A stretch of DNA of 63,905 bases, filler included, from Reticulomyxa filosa (lineage: Eukaryota; Protista; Foraminifera): assembly GCA_000512085.1 (NCBI GenBank). It is 17 parts of 17 records of this genome, joined end to end, with 100 filler letters (N's around TTAATTAATTAA, not from the genome) between each part and the next. Parts side by side here need not be neighbours in the genome. Positions count along the whole stretch, not along the records: positions 62,846 to 63,905 come from ASPP01022246.1; 16 more parts are not named here. One strand, given 5' to 3'. Position numbers and translations under genes: made by a program. The number at the start of each line of letters is the position of its first letter. Position 1 is the stretch's first letter. The notes below the pieces were generated by a model that had not been told where the DNA came from, did not search any database, and saw only the letters and a list, made by a program, of their open reading frames with translations. This document shows positions 62,746-63,905 of this stretch, piece by piece.

Positions 62746-63905
62746 NNNNNNNNNNNNNNNNNNNNNNNNNNNNNNNNNNNNNNNNNNNNTTAATTAATTA
62801 ANNNNNNNNNNNNNNNNNNNNNNNNNNNNNNNNNNNNNNNNNNNNCAATTTGATTGAATTTTTGATATTTTTTACATTTCAACGTGCAGTTTATTTGTAT
62901 ATCATTATAATGAGATATATTATGAATCATTTATTTTATCATATTTGTAAAAGCTTTGTTTATTATTTGAATTACATATATTTAATTTCAAATTAAGATG
63001 AATTAAATTAATAATTTTGCAAACGTCCTTGAAAATTTTGAAGTTAAACAAATTATTCTAATAATATTTGATAGTATCATATCAATAAATCTCCATTTTT
63101 CATTAAATTGTAATGTAGAATATAGAATTTGAATTCAAAATTGTTTGCAATTTGTTCAACAATCCAATATTTTTGTGTCATTGTTAATATTGAGTCCATA
63201 ATTTTAAAATAATAGACATTCATTGGGATATATTGTAGTAATTTATTAGCATGATGAAAGTGTTTATTTTTCTTTATCCAAAGTATTAAATATATTCAAA
63301 TACTTGAATGTTATATACAAAAGAAATTTAAAGTGCACTTAAATCTTTTTTTTGTTTCTCGAATGTACTTTACATGTAAATCTTTAAGCTGAAGTAATAT
63401 TACTTGTTTGTTGCATAACAAAAATTGTTTCATAAGATGAAAATAAGTAAAATTATTTTTTTTGTTTATTATTTTATAAAGATCTATGAACAAATTTGCC
63501 ACATTCATAACTTGCAATAAATTTTTAAAATATAACAATTTCAAAAAAAAATAATTTTTTTTCTTACAATACATAACAAAATATTTTGACAATGTAAATC
63601 GAGCTGCAGTCAACTTCTAACCAGTATTGTTTTATTGCCAAGTCACAACACGAACAGTAAATACAAATTGACAAAATTGTGCATTTCAAAAGTAATTGGA
63701 CTCAGAAATAGAGTACTCACGATTAGTAATGTCAATGTTTATAAAACAATCAAATTTGGGAAAAAGTATTGTACTTGTTAACATATCGCAATTCTTGTCA
63801 AAAGACAAATTCAAATATTGTTGGTTATTCCAATTATGATATAGTCTGTTGTTTTGGTTTTTTTTTTTAGCAAAAAAAAATCAAATGGCTCCAATTCTTT
63901 TGTAA

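Noticed and set aside
7060-62845. Recurring TTAATTAATTAA palindrome as a CRISPR-like or biological repeat
   Set aside because: It always sits inside fixed-length N runs and gives stops in all frames, so it is an assembly linker. Gene adjacency across it is meaningless.
62846-63905. Possible remnant of an AT-rich multicopy gene family on the minus strand
   Set aside because: Too degraded to call without a homology search.
1-63905. tRNA, rRNA, CRISPR arrays and telomeric repeats
   Set aside because: None recognised by eye. A covariance-model scan would be needed to exclude small RNAs.

Overview
This is not one locus. It is 17 short contigs joined by an artificial 100-nt linker (N-run, TTAATTAATTAA, N-run). 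Sixteen come from an AT-rich, intron-rich protist. The WD40 and HEAT family signatures suggest the foraminiferan Reticulomyxa filosa or a relative (inference). One contig (49094-51823) is GC-rich proteobacterial DNA carrying a cusR/cusS copper two-component system. Recognisable host genes: VPS13, ATG1/ULK, condensin CAP-G, AK8-like adenylate kinase, a UBX protein, RFC1, a myristoylated EF-hand protein, a PPPDE-like peptidase, a divergent histone H4 with a 3' stem-loop, ARL8, a sedolisin/TPP1, a secreted Kelch protein and ZNHIT2. There are also WD40 pseudogenes and a HEAT-ankyrin protein. Mobile DNA: a near-intact APE-RT non-LTR retrotransposon that may be one ~1850-aa ORF, a decayed LINE, a deleted Tc1 copy, two identical Tc1-like ends at contig breaks, and a 203-bp solo-LTR-like repeat. 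Best leads: (1) unusual intron grammar, with frequent GTT donors, A-tracts before the AG, and 5' T-runs complementary to 3' A-runs; (2) the fused single-ORF LINE; (3) a HEAT-ANK protein with a possibly dead CE-clan-like peptidase domain; (4) an H4 lacking both histidines and with a rewritten basic patch. Many single-base frameshifts fall in homopolymers and look like pyrosequencing errors. All gene models were spliced by eye.
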